In this document: positions 1 through 12,625 of the stretch, piece after piece
Position numbering within the stretch: position 1 is the first letter of the stretch
Layout of the letters: each line of letters opens with the position of its first letter
Assembly: GCF_006345805.1 (NCBI RefSeq)
Contig: NC_042999.1
Span: 155,930,001-155,994,000 of the forward strand
Direction of reading: 5' to 3'
From: Octopus sinensis
Taxonomy: Eukaryota
Length of the DNA stretch: 64,000 bases
Position numbers and translations under genes: made by a program
The notes under the pieces: generated by a model
Told to the model about the DNA's origin: nothing
The model's input: only the letters and a program-made list of their open reading frames with translations
Database searches by the model: none

Positions 1-45
<45 letters not shown>

Positions 46-58
46 ATGTATGTGTGTG

Positions 59-93
<35 letters not shown>

Positions 94-170
94 TTGTATA
101 CATGTGTGCATGTTTGTGTTTGTGTGTGCGTATGTATGTGTGTGTACAAATGTATCCGTCGTATACATGC

Positions 171-224
<54 letters not shown>

Positions 225-434
225 GCATGTATACGACGGGCTTCTTTCCGTTTCAGTCTACCAAATCCACTCACAAGACTTTGGTCGGCCCAAGGCTATA
301 GTAGAAGACACTTGCCCAAAGTACCACGCAGTGGGACTGAACCCGGAACCATGTAGTTGGTAAGCAAGCTACTTTCCACACAGCCAGTGATGTATTCAAA
401 TGCGAACCCCAACCATATACGTACGTAAATGTAG

Positions 435-588
435 CAATGGCTCTCAACCTTCTTAATATCCAAAACTTTTTAGGGGGCCGCACCAAAGAAAGTAAAATTC
501 AATTTATATTGATTGAAGGAAGACCATTAGGGTAGAAGGATGCTTGAGGGTCGCATGCGGCTCTGGGATTCACGGTTGAGAACCGCTG
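435..588. mobile_element. hAT (Charlie-like) MITE
   Basis: TIRs caatggctctcaacc / ggttgagaaccgctg; internal gggtcgcatgcggc motif; degenerate 8-bp TSD. Confidence 0.6.
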
Positions 589-722
589 ATATATAGACTG
601 CTCCATTGAAGTAAATTCCTTTGATTATATATTTTGCATGTATAGGGGTCGGAGGTTTGGAGCTTTCGTGCTCCCATTCACCTTCAGATGTTCAGGTCAA
701 GCAACAGTCACATTTATCTTAC

Positions 723-763
723 CTGTCTAAGATTCTAGGAGGTCTCATATAAAGGTCACCGTC
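723..763 (-). CDS. Candidate small exon (DGDLYMRPPRILD)
   Basis: cctttgtag acceptor, CAG|gtaaga donor, open frame. Confidence 0.25.
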
Positions 764-1030
764 CTACAAAGGTCATGGACTTTGCAAAGGTCACATCTTC
801 TCATCAATCAAGTTTTTATACATACATACATGCATACATACATGCACACATACATACATACATACATAATACATACATACATGCATACACAGAGGCATAC
901 CTATATGTACACACTCATACATACGTACGTGCGTACATATTTTATGTGCGTATATATATGTGTGTGTGTGTGTTTGTATACATGTGTGTTTGTGTGCGTA
1001 TGTATGTGTGTGTGTACAAATGTATATCAA

Positions 1031-1100
<70 letters not shown>

Positions 1101-1415
1101 GTCTGTCTGTCTGTCTGTCTATCGTTTTCTAATTCTTTTTATGCATTTCAGCCATGCAGTGGCGGCAATGTTGGAGCAATACTCTGCGTGGCTGTGGGGT
1201 TTCCCAAACACATGGTTCTGGGTTCAGTCCTACTGTGTGGCACCTTGGGCGAGTTTCTTCTGTTATAGCCTCTGGCCAACTAAAGTGGACTTTTGTTGAA
1301 TAAATAATCTTATAAACTTCGTGTGTGTGTGTGTGTGTGTGTGTTCACGCCCTGGTAACTTAGCGGTTCGACAAATGAAGGCGATAATATCAGGCTTAAA
1401 TATATATATATATAT

Positions 1416-1690
1416 ATCAAAATAAGCAACAAGGATATCCAAAGGTAGTGTAGTACAATCGTTTCATGCTACTTCATTTAATTAAACAATGTAAGTATTA
1501 CATCAGTTTTAAAATGTAGAGCACTCTTCAGCCACATATGGAATTTTTTAAATTCCACTACCTTTGGATATCCTTGTTGCTTATTTTGATTATAATCACC
1601 CCATTTGAATTTATATGGATAATACCATACCAAATTCTGGTGCCTTTAACTTAATTACCATGTTCATCTGAATCTAAATTTTTGGTGAAC
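1416..1690. mobile_element. Penelope-like terminal-repeat fragment with a 5' inversion
   Basis: 1416-1450 is a perfect 35-bp reverse complement of 1556-1590. The segment 1556-1683 matches 9369-9495 directly. It carries hammerhead family A. Confidence 0.65.
1449..1536 (-). ncRNA. Type I hammerhead ribozyme motif, family A (second copy)
   Basis: Minus strand reads tgtgg CTGAAGA gtgct...agcat GAAA cgatt GTA ctaca. All three helices pair, and the differences from the 9283 copy only swap Watson-Crick and G-U pairs. Confidence 0.75.
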
Positions 1691-2349
1691 CTATATATAT
1701 ATATATATATATACACACACATACATACATACATATACATCTGTTTGTTGTCTACACCACCTGCCTTCGTCTTGTGTTCTTTTTTGTGAATTCTCCCTAT
1801 ATATATATACGGCGGTCGGTCAGGCTACATGAGACAACAGCCTGATCATCCTCAAATCATATCTTACTTTCTCATACAAAGGAATAACACATTAGATAAT
1901 ACAGTACTAGATACACTATTATTAAGCTTGAAAAATAGGGATGGCCATGCTGGGACTGCTCGTTAAAAATCGTTGTTTTTGTTATTTTTGTTGAGAGCCT
2001 TTTTCTCTCATTTTCATTTTACCCTTATATTTATAATTAGTTAAATTATCATAATATTTTGTTGTAAGATAGACCGACATATCTTATTTCTTAATTGTCA
2101 CTCTAAAAATATAGACATCTAAATAGCATTACAATATATAAACAAGAAGAAAATGTGGGGGTATTTTATGTTCGGGGGAAAAGAGAAAATAAGGGAGACG
2201 AGAGAGATGTGTGTCAGCCAGGTTTTTGTGTTAGCAAGCTTTAGTCGACCGCCAACTAGAAGCGGAGTCGAAACTGGAGCTCGCTCACCTCTGACAGACC
2301 TGACCATATATGGTGGGTGACAGGGTTAAACATTTACAGATTCGGAGTA

Positions 2350-3100
2350 GAGGGGAGGAATGATAAGGGATAGAAAGAAACAGAGGGAGTGTGTATGTGT
2401 GTGTGTGTGTGTGTAAATAAGAGAGAGGGTATGAAAGGGAGAGCGCGTGTGAAAGAGAGAGAGAGAGCAGGAGAAATAGGGGTCGTATTTTATATAGAGA
2501 GGAAGAGGGAGAGACAGAGAAAGATACAGTGAGAGAGAGAAGTAGGGGTTGCCATATTATAGATAGGGAAAAAGAGGAAGACAGACAGATAGAGAAAGAT
2601 AGACAGACAGAGAGATAGATAGGGAGAGATAGAGACAGAGAAAGATAGACAGAGAGGGAGAGAGATAGGGAGAGATAGAGACAGAGAAAGGAAGAGAGAG
2701 AAAAATAAGGGTTGCTATGTTATATAAATAAGGAGAAAGAGAGAGAAAGAGAAAGATAAAATTAGAGAGAGAGAGAGAGAGAAATAGGGTTGCATGTTAT
2801 ATAGATGGGGAGAAGGAGTGAGAAGGAAAAATAAGGGAATAAAATGTGTATATATGTGTTTATTTATGTATATATTGAAGGAAGGATAGAGGGAACGAGT
2901 GTTGTGTATAGATTGAGAGGGTGAAATAGATGAGCAGATGTAAGGAACGTAAATAATATATGTATATCGAGAGAGGGTGAGAAATGGAGAACAAGGGCTA
3001 TAGAGCTATAAAAAGGGGGAAAGGAAAAAAGGGAACGTAAATAATATAAGTAGAGGGTGAGAAAGAGAGAGTGGGAAGTTTTATATATATATATATATAT

Positions 3101-3160
<60 letters not shown>

Positions 3161-3760
3161 ATAAAGAGAGAGGGGGGAAGTGAGGGATAAATAAAGGTCG
3201 TGGGTGATACAAGTAGAGGTAAAAGCGGAAAGAGAGAGAGAGGAGAGAGGGGGAAAGGAAAAGAGATAGACAGAAATAGGGAATGAAAGAGGTTTTTTAG
3301 GGTTAGCGAGAAGGGGAAAGAAATGTTATTGGGAAGAAATGTTACTGAAAGTGTAGATGGAGAAGGAGAGGGAATCAAATTATATTTTCATCTTTACTAA
3401 TCATAATTTGTACTTACACAAACACACTACATGTACATATACATACTCACACAACCGCATGCATATACACAGTCATTCACTTACGCACACAGGTGCAATC
3501 GCACTCACACACATACATACCTATACACACTAATACACTCACAGATATTCTCACTCACAACCACACTCATACACATACACCCTTACATGTACAGATACAC
3601 ACATAGACTCACACAACCGCGTGCATATACACAATTATTCACTTACGCACACAGGCGCAATCGCGCTCACACACTTACATATACATACCTATACACACTA
3701 ATACACCCACAGATATTCTCACACACAATCATACTCTTACACATACACTCTCTCACCCTT
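2350..3760. repeat. GA-rich then CA-rich low-complexity block with an internal duplication of about 165 bp
   Basis: actcacacaaccgc...gatattctcac occurs at about 3445 and about 3608. Confidence 0.75.
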
Positions 3761-4732
3761 TCTCCCTCCATCTCTTTCTTCCTCTCTTCCTCCCATACTT
3801 CGCGACATCTGATTCCAACTTACCTCATTTTTCAATCCAAATTTCACCTAAATTTTCAAAACCGCTCAACTTCAAACGAATTTAATGAATAAAAAAAATA
3901 TTTCTTTTCTTATTTGGTGTTTTCTTTTTTATCCTTGGAAAAAATCTTTACAAGTCGAAAATAAAAGTTCTTTTCATTATTATACGTATTTTATTTCAAC
4001 GATTTATCATGTAAATTATTTAACGGTCCGCTTCTTTAACAGTTGCTAGATTCAATTATTGAGAAAAGAAATTTAAAGGAAAAAAAAAGAGAAGTTCACT
4101 CTTTAAAAGAAAGTCTGTTGCTCTTGTTTTTGTTGTTTGCACCTGTCTGGTAACTTCAACGTGGAGTGATTATTTTTGTATGTGTACCTGTTCGTGTCTG
4201 TATATGAAGTGTGTGAGTTTGTGTGTACGTTTGTATGTGTGTGTGCGCGTGAGTTTGTATCTGAATATGTGTATGTGTGTAGGGGTCGAGCACATGAATG
4301 TGTATAACAGAGTAGGAGTGTGCTTGTGTTTGTGTGTGTGTGTGTGTGTGCATTTCAAATGGGATCTTACAGAAAAGATCCTTAAAATGTTCTACTACAT
4401 ATTTTTTGGCTCCTTTTCCTCATTGACTTTCCTTTCAGTCATTGGCCTGCGGTCATGCTGGGGCAGTGTCTTGAAGGAATTACTCGAACAAATCGATCCC
4501 ATTATTTATCTTTTCTTGTTTACTTGTTCCGGTCTTAGACTGCGGCCATGCTGGAGCATCGCCTTGAAGAATTTGTCAACGCATCGACCCCAGTACTTTT
4601 TTAAAAATAAACTCTGGTACTTATTTTATCGGTTCCTTTTTTCGCACCTCTAAATTACGGAGACGTAAATACACCAACACCAATTGTAAGAGGTGGTGGT
4701 GGGGGGTCAAAGACACACACACACACACTCGT

Positions 4733-5290
4733 GGGATCTTTTCACTTTGACCAGTAGGCTTTTAAAATAATTTCTTTGTAACTAAACACTTTTAAACTTC
4801 ATATACTGGTAGTGTGTTACATAAAACATCTTTTTTTCTTGGCTTTCTTGAGAAAATTCTGTAGTTCGTAAGTTATTTCTTGTTAAATTTCGGCAATTTC
4901 AACTAATCAATGTCGTCTATTGAGGTGAATACAATTTCTGTGGTTGTTTGTCAATGCGGTGTCATATCAGTTTTTATTTTTCTATATATGTGGGGTTAGG
5001 GTTAGGGGTGGGGGAAGGGTATCTTTTTTCTCATTAACTGATATGACAAACTGATATGACACCGCATTGACAAACAACCGCAGAAATTGTATTCAGCTCA
5101 ATAGACGTCATTGATTGGTTGAAATTGCCAAAATGCAAGAAATTTAACAAGAAATAGCTTACAAACTACAGAATTTTCTCAAGAAAGCCAAGAGAGAAAG
5201 ATGTTTTATGTAACACATTCTACCAGTATCTATGAAGTTTAAAAGTGTTTAGTTACAAAAAAAATCTGCCAGTCAAAGTGAAAAGATCCC
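4733..5290. mobile_element. Long-TIR MITE with a 6-bp TSD
   Basis: Inverted arms of about 240 bp (4733-4973 and 5048-5290). TSD actcgt at 4727-32 and 5291-96. The spacer contains ggggttagggttaggggtggggg. Confidence 0.85.
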
Positions 5291-5616
5291 ACTCGTGCAT
5301 GCACACACTCAATTACAGTCTACCAATCCACTCACATGGCTTTGGTCGGCCCAAAGCTATAACAGAAGACACTTAGCCAAGGTGCAACACAGTGGAAGTG
5401 AACCTGGAATCATGTTGTTGGGAAGCAAACTTCTTACCACACAGCCATGACCATGCTTGTATATGTTTATAAATCTGGCACTTATTTCATAAAACAGGTT
5501 TTCACGCAGTTTTCATTTACCAAATTCTCTCACAAATCTTTGTTAGATGGTCGTGGTCTCACATGGTGAAACCATCTAATCACAACACCGTTCAGAAAGC
5601 TGGAAGAATACATATA

Positions 5617-6114
5617 TGTAACAGAAGGGAAAGAGAGAGACACAACCGAGTAGAATGTTTAAGAGAAGATTTATTGATACTGGAACACTTGAGGAGTGCA
5701 GGTCTTATCCCGTTACATTAAATTATTTGTCGAAGGAAAACCAAGACTTCAAATATCTGCAACAGCATAAATAATATTTATTTTTCTGGATTCGCAATAA
5801 TATATATACATATATTTCCTTCAGAGCGAACCAGCAGCCATGGGCCATGGAGCTAGTCACAGTAGTTAAATTGTGTGAGCCAAATGCTGTCTCATTCCAG
5901 CGTAGAGTGGCTTCTCCATGTGTCGGCTTGCTAGGGAGAGCCGTGAGGACGCGTCCATTCAATTCGGCTGCAGCTTCGAAAGAGGTCGATCCAGTGGGAA
6001 ATCTTGCTGTTGGTAGTTCTCTTCACATGCGCATGAGGGAACTTCTGGTGGCCTACCGGAACAAATCCAGCTCTGCGCATGTGCGCTGAAGACTTCCAAA
6101 ATGGCATCGCTACA
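5617..6114 (-). mobile_element. Solo-LTR-like element
   Basis: Termini tgta...taca, AATAAA near the minus-strand 3' end, GC-richer U3-like part. No matching TSD found. Confidence 0.5.
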
Positions 6115-6502
6115 GGTTAACATGTGTGTCTGTGTGTGCATCATGTATACAGAATAACAGACTGGCTGTCATGAGAACAAAGTGTATGCGTGTATAGGCA
6201 TGTATGTATGCATGTGTATTAAGTATATATAAGAATAATAATGAAGAAAGTATTGAAAGAGTCTGTAATGAGAAGTTAGATGAATGTTCATAGACACGAG
6301 AAATGAGGGTACCAGTTTGTAATCAATGGTACACGGTAGTTGAAACAGGGTATCAAGAAGTTGCGGCCATGATACTGAGTTGATTGTGGTACATGTTACA
6401 CAAAGTTGTGGCTGTAATGCTGCTGCCTGGGTCATTTGGTACAAGAGTTCTTGCAGGCTGTATATTCACTGTTGACCCATGGAGAAGTAATTCACGAACA
6501 GC

Positions 6503-6620
6503 GCTTACGGCCATATCATGTTGAAAGCACCGGTTCTCGTCCGATCACCAAAGTTAAGCAATGTCGAGCCTAGTTAGTACTCAGATTGGTGACCGCTTGG
6601 GAAACCTAGGTGCTGTAAGT
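6503..6620 (+). pseudogene. 5S rRNA pseudogene (near full length, about 118 nt)
   Basis: gcttacggccatatcatgttgaaagcaccggttctcgtccgatcaccaaagttaagc...ttagtactcagattggtgaccgcttgggaaacctaggtgctgtaagt aligns end to end with metazoan 5S rRNA. Terminal helix gcttac/gtaagt pairs. It has CpG-decay-type changes, an altered box C and no oligo-T terminator. Confidence 0.9.
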
Positions 6621-6635
6621 GTTATCGTTAAGCAC

Positions 6636-6970
6636 AGGAGTGGCTGTGTGGTAAGAAACTTGTTTACCAACCACATAGTTCCGGGTTCAATCCCACTGCG
6701 TGGCACCTTGGGCAAGTGTCTTCTACTATAGCCTTGGGTCAACCAAAGCCTTGTGAGTGGATTTGGTAGACGGAAACTGAAAGAAGCCTATCGTATATAT
6801 GTATATATATATGTATGGGTGTGTATATGTTTGTGTGTCTGTGTTTGTCCCCCCAATATCGCTTGACAACTGCTGCTGGTGTGTTTACATCCCTGTAACT
6901 TAGTAGTTCAGCAAAAGAGACCGATAGAATAAGTACTAGGCTTCCAAATGACTGAAACAAGTAAAAGAGT
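6636..6970 (+). mobile_element. tRNA-derived CORE-like SINE (family A)
   Basis: A box tggctgtgtgg, B box ggttcaatccc, MIR/CORE-like accttgggcaagt, central TA/TG microsatellite, taaaagag tail. Confidence 0.85.
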
Positions 6971-7499
6971 GCTATGTTGGAACCAGTGCAGTGTTGCTTG
7001 AGCTGTGTACATGGAGATATGATATTGATGATGTTAAGAAGATGATGGTGGTGATGAAGAAAGAGATTGCCATAATGCTGTTGGACAGGTGTTGTCGTCT
7101 GGCATTGTTGCTGGAACTGGCTGGGTCTTGTGTGGTCAGTGGCTAGACCTTAAAAGGTCTGAAACCAAAGTCCTTGAGACAAGGAGAAACTGGGTTTTTT
7201 TTATAAGAAGATCTAGGCTCAAACTGGGTTGAGAACAGGCTGTCTTATGTGATCTTATTTAGGGCTCCAATTGGTTATATGTTGCAGATTGGTACGACAG
7301 AGTAAGAGACAAATTGTGCCAATGCCAACGAATCAAAGTTGTGGACACAACGGGGTCTAAATAGCGACCAAAGGCTAGCTGTTATCTACTATGTTCAAAT
7401 GCACGCATATATAATAAAAGGGAGAGAGGAATTTCACTCAAACGTTCACTACACATTGTTCGCCCAGGTTTGATAGTAGAAGAGGATACTTTCTCAAGA

Positions 7500-8078
7500 C
7501 ACCTCACTCACACTAGGCTCCAATCTGATCTGGTAGTGTTTCTACAGATGGATGCCCTTCCTAACACCAACCACTCTGAGAGTGTAGTGGGTGCTTTTTA
7601 CGTGCCATCGGGATGAGGGCGAGTCAGGCAGTATTGGCATCGACCACATTTGAATGGTGCTTTTTACATGCCACTGGCACAGGACCAGTCAGCCAGCACT
7701 GGCATTGACCATGCTTAAATGGTGCTTTTTTGATGCCACCAGCACAGGAGCCAGTCAGGCGGCACTGGCAACAATCACGCTTGAATGGTGCCTTTAGCAT
7801 GCCACCGGCATGGATGCCAATCAGGCAGTACTGTCATCACTCATGACAGTGACTTACCTTGCCTCAACAGGTCTTTGCAAGTGCAGTTTATTGCTCAACG
7901 ATTGAAGGGTACTCTTAAATGTACTGGTTCTGCTGCACTGGCATAGGCCATAGTTATTGTCTCATTTGGCTTGCAGGGTCTTCTCAAGTACAACTTATCT
8001 CCAAAGGTCTCAATGAATTGTCATTGCCTTGGTGAGGCTCAACGTTTGAAGGTCATGCTTCACCACCTCATCCCAGTT
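7500..8078 (-). mobile_element. RTE LINE 3' end (ORF tail plus 3' UTR with about 60-bp internal repeats)
   Basis: WDEVVKHDLQTLSLTKAMT...LEKTLQAK* is joined to the abundant taggaagggcatcc UTR family. This shows that the family at about 13.5, 16.4, 20.3, 22.9, 25.1, 29.6, 35.0, 40.0, 41.3, 47.9, 48.9-49.8, 50.6 and 53.8 kb is the 3' UTR of an RTE LINE with a (GAT)n tail. Confidence 0.75.
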
Positions 8079-8643
8079 GCAATGATTGACTACAGATTAT
8101 CATAGTTTGATTTGAGTGAGATTTGCCTACTATTTCTAGCAAGTCAAGCAACCACATAAACGCTCTCGCCCTGGCTCACAGATTGGGTCATGACATTAGC
8201 AGAAGTGGTTTTAAATGCTCCACAAACACAGAAAGGTTTTGAGTGAAAAATTCAATTCATAAAGTATCTCTTTTAGTAAAAAAAAACAACAAAAAATGGA
8301 AAATACAAGACTCATAAAACATAAAATGTGAAATGGTCCCAGCATCTTTGTGAGAGCATGTTATATAACTTGAAGGAATGCAGGATTAAAGAGAAGGAAA
8401 TGCTTATAATACTTGAGTTTCCCAAGTGGTCACTCGTCAAAGTACTAACCAAATTGAAGGCTACTTATCTTCAACAAGAGGCAATCAATTTGTTTTTTTT
8501 TAAACTGATGTCATTTGTATGATAAACTAGTGTTGTTCATAAGCTCTGAAACAAACTCAGTTGACTGACAAACATAAGTTTGTTATTCATAAAAAAAACA
8601 GCAACATTGCATGTTTTGTATAAATATGGCTCTCTTTCTTTTC

Positions 8644-9042
8644 TCTTTTACTCGTTTCAGTCATTTGACTGCGGCCATGCTGGAGCACCGCCTTTAGTCG
8701 AGCAAATCGACCCCGGGACTTATTCTTTGTAAGCCCAGTACTTATTCTATTGGTCTCTTTTTGCTGAACCGCTAAGTGACGGGGGACGTAAACACACAAG
8801 CATCAATTGTCAAGCAATGCTAAGGGGACAAACACAGACACACAAAACACATACACACACATACATATATATATACATATATACGACAGGCTTCTTTCAG
8901 TTTCCGTCTACCAAATCCACTCACAAGGCATTGGTCGGCCCGGGGCTATAGCAGAAGACACTTACCCAAGATGCCACGCAATGGGACTGAACCCGGAACC
9001 ATGTGGTTGGTTAGCAAGCTACTTAACACATAGCCACTCCTG
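8644..9042 (-). mobile_element. CORE-like SINE family A, full length
   Basis: Reverse complement of the family A consensus. Confidence 0.85.
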
Positions 9043-9265
9043 CGCCTATGAAATTATACAAAATATGTTTTATAAATATATAGGTCCAAGTATGGCCATG
9101 TGGTTTAGAAGCTTGTTTCACAGTCACATGGTTTGGGGTTCAGTCCCACTGCATGGCACCTTCAGCCTATTTACCAAATTCACACACAAAGTTGACCAGT
9201 GCCTTGTGAGTGAATGTGGTAGATAGACTGTGTGTGGAAGCCCATAAATGAACATTGTCAATTTA

Positions 9266-9497
9266 ATTAAAAACATTCCATATGTGGCTGAAGAGTGTTC
9301 TACATTTTAAAACTGATGTAATACTTACATTGTTTAATTAAATGAAGTAGCATGAAACAATTGTACTACACTACCTTTGGATATCCTTGTTGCTTATTTT
9401 GATTATAATCACCCCATTTGATTTATATGGATAATACCATACCAAATTCTGATGCCTTTAACTTAAGTACTATATTCATCTGAATCTAAATTTTTGC
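9266..9497 (+). mobile_element. Penelope-like terminal-repeat fragment (colinear copy)
   Basis: Same sequence as 1416-1690 but not rearranged; hammerhead at its 5' end. Confidence 0.65.
9283..9370 (+). ncRNA. Type I hammerhead ribozyme motif, family A
   Basis: Stem I tgtgg (9283-87)/ctaca (9366-70); core CTGAAGA 9288-94; stem II gtgtt/agcat; GAAA 9354-57; palindromic stem III acaattgt; cleavage triplet GTA 9363-65. Confidence 0.75.
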
Positions 9498-10049
9498 TGT
9501 ACATACATACATACATACACGTTGACACCACCAGATTGAGTGGTACTGCTCAGGTGTCAAGACTATAGTGCTATCTGTTTGGCAGCTGATGATGGGAATG
9601 CACAGATGTTATGCTCAACTATGAATTTCTTATGTCTTAGCTTTGTTATTCTGAGTTGTCCTTGATTCTAATAAAGTGAAAAGTGATTATGGATCCATGG
9701 TTTGTAGAGATTGTTTACATTGCTATAGGTGTTTTTTTTTCATTGATAATCTTATCAAGCTTATTGGAGTCTAGTTTTAGGGAGTTTTTGTTGCATACAC
9801 ACATACACACACACACACACACACCACACACACACACAGAGGAAAAATGCTTGGCGGCATTTTGTTCATCTTTACGTTCTGAGTTCAAATTCTGCTGGTG
9901 TCAACTTTGCTTTTCATCCTTTCGGGATCGATAGATTAAGTACCAGTTGAGTACTGATCTCAATGTAATTGACTAGCCCCTCCCCTCAAATTTCAGACCT
10001 TGTACCTAGAGTAGAAAGGATTATTTTATTATTATTATTATTATTATTA

Positions 10050-10160
<111 letters not shown>

Positions 10161-11679
10161 AACGTTGCACAGTCTCCACATCACACACACACATCATCAT
10201 CATCATCATCATCATCAGTCATCATCATCATCATCATCATCATCTTTATCATGATCATTGTTTTTACGTCTACTTTTCCATGCTCACAAGGCTTGGACAA
10301 AATTGACTGAGGCAGATTATTTTCCATGTCCTGATGTCTTTTCTGTTTCCAACCTCACCAGCTTTCATGACCAAACGTGTTTTCCTGGGACATCATAAAT
10401 GAAGGACATTCTGTCAATGATGGTGATCACTAGTGTAGTTGGGGTGGATGATAGGGCTACATTTTTAAAGGAGCAGCACTTTTGGGGTCTGCTGCAGGCA
10501 ATATGTATTTTTTGTGGGGTCCAAGGGTGGCAAATGGAAGGGCTGCCTAGGGTGGCACACACTCTAGCTATGCTAGTAATGGTGGTGCTCCTTTAGAACT
10601 AACACAGAAAGTCAAGACAAGGAGATACAAACACACATCGTTATCATCAACATTTAATGTCCATTTTCCACTATGCTGACATGGGTTAGATGGTTTGACT
10701 GGGTCTAATGGGCCCCAGGACTATATTCTGCTCCAGTCCCTGCTTTGGCATGCTTTCTACACCTGGCTGTCCTTCATAATGCCTATCGTGTCATAAGAGT
10801 ATACCAGGTGCTCTTTCCATGCTACTAACACAAATGAGGTTGCTATGCAGATTGCAAGACTGCAAATTTCAGGGGAGGGGTCAAGTCAATTCTTTTTTTT
10901 TCTTTTACTGCCCACAAGGGGCTACACACAGAGGGGGACAAACAAGAACAGACAAACGGATTAAGTCGATTATATCGAAACCAGTGTGTAACTGGTACTT
11001 ATTTAATCGACCCCGAAAGGATGAAAGGCAAAGTCGACCACGGTGGAATTTGAACTTAAAACATAGCAACAGATGAAATACCTATTTCTTTACTACCCAC
11101 AAGGGGCTAAACACAGAGGGGACAAACAAAGACAGACAAATGGATTAAGTCGATTATATCAACCCCAGTGTGTAACAGGTACTTATTTAATTGATCCCGA
11201 AAGGATGAAAGGCAAAGTCAACCTCAGCGGAATATGAACTCAGAACGTAGCGACAGACAAAATACCGCTAAGCATTTCGCCCGACGTGCTAACACTTCTG
11301 CCACCTTTCAAGTCAATTCTATTAACCCCAGTGTTGACCCCCAAAAGTGGACTTAGAATGTAAAGAGTTCAAAGAAATGCTGCTAAGCCTTTTTCTCCAT
11401 ATGGGAGCGATCCTGCAGTTCACTGCTTTAATAATAATAATCCTTTCTGCTTAGGCACAAGGGCCTGAAATTTTTTTTGGGGGGGGGTGCGGGGTAAGTT
11501 GATTATATCAAGCTCAGCACTCAACTGTTACTTATTTCATCGACCCTGGAAAGATAAAAGAAAAAGATGATTTTGGTAGAATTTGAACTTGGAATGTAAA
11601 GATGGCTGAAATGTCACAAAGCATTTTGTCAGATGTGCTGATGATGATGATGATGATGATGATAATAATAATGATAATC

Positions 11680-11732
<53 letters not shown>

Positions 11733-11735
<3 letters not shown>

Positions 11736-12124
11736 AGCCTAATAATTGATGTGACAGTGCCAGGAGCTCAACATATCATCATGAAAGAAAGAGAAAAGGT
11801 TGATAAATATGGAGACCTGTGAATTGAGTTCTCTAAGATGTGGCAGCTACTAGAGTCAAACATAAAGGTTATCCCTATTGTCATTGGAGCATTAGGTTCA
11901 ATACCCCCCAATCTAAAAAAAAAAAAGAAAAACATCTGAAAACTTTAAAAATACTTTACGATCTATGTGTATTGCAAAAGTCGGCATTACTTGGAACTGC
12001 ATGCATATTATGTAAAGTACTGTCTGTTTGAGGTCCTTGTTGTGGCTTGACAGACAGTACAAACTCCTGGTAGACACAATATCTTCAATCAACAACTTCA
12101 CAATATTGGATACTGTGTGACATT
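11733..12124 (+). mobile_element. R4/Dong-like (RLE) LINE 3' fragment, older copy
   Basis: IIDVTVP...KYGDL...SKMW...VIPIVIGALG...LQKSALLGTACIL; (AAT)n on both sides. Confidence 0.8.
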
Positions 12125-12180
<56 letters not shown>

Positions 12181-12181
<1 letters not shown>

Positions 12182-12625
12182 CTACCAAAAACTGAGAAAA
12201 TATAAAGATCTTGAAATAGAAATCAGCAAAATGTGGAACCTGAAGACTAAAACAATACCTGTTGTCATAGGTGCCCTGGGAATGATAGCAAAAGGGGCTG
12301 ATTGCTACCTAACTCAGATCCCAGGAAACCCCAAAATGGCAGAAATTCAAAAGATCGTGCTCATGGGAACTGCTCATATCCTACGCAAAATACTTTCTAT
12401 GTAATCTCAAGGTTTAAAACAAACAATTTTTTAAAAATTTCATTTTATTTATTTATTTTTTTTATTTATTCATTAGACATTCACTAGTACAACACCAAAC
12501 CCACCCCCCAAATATATGGCACACTAGGCATAACAACAACGTGAACTTCCAGCCTGTTGTCTCTTGAGGTCTCTGGGTGAGATTTGGAGCCAACTTGTAC
12601 AAATATAAAGCAAAAGTCAAACATA

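Noticed and set aside
694-793. Four AGGTCA nuclear-receptor half-sites
   Set aside because: The 17-18 bp spacing matches no standard DR element, two of the sites overlap or border a candidate exon, and nothing in the sequence supports a regulatory role.
46-1299. Overlapping ORFs rich in YI/CV/HT/YLSI (and dozens of similar ORFs across the window)
   Set aside because: These are translations of (TA)n, (TG)n, (CA)n and (TATC)n microsatellites that happen to lack stops.
4992-5019. Interstitial telomere
   Set aside because: Only two TTAGGG units, and they are internal to a MITE.
6503-6620. Functional 5S rRNA gene, or Cassandra-like 5S-in-LTR element
   Set aside because: Single copy, box C substitutions, no terminator; the LTR-like segment ends about 390 bp away and does not contain the 5S.
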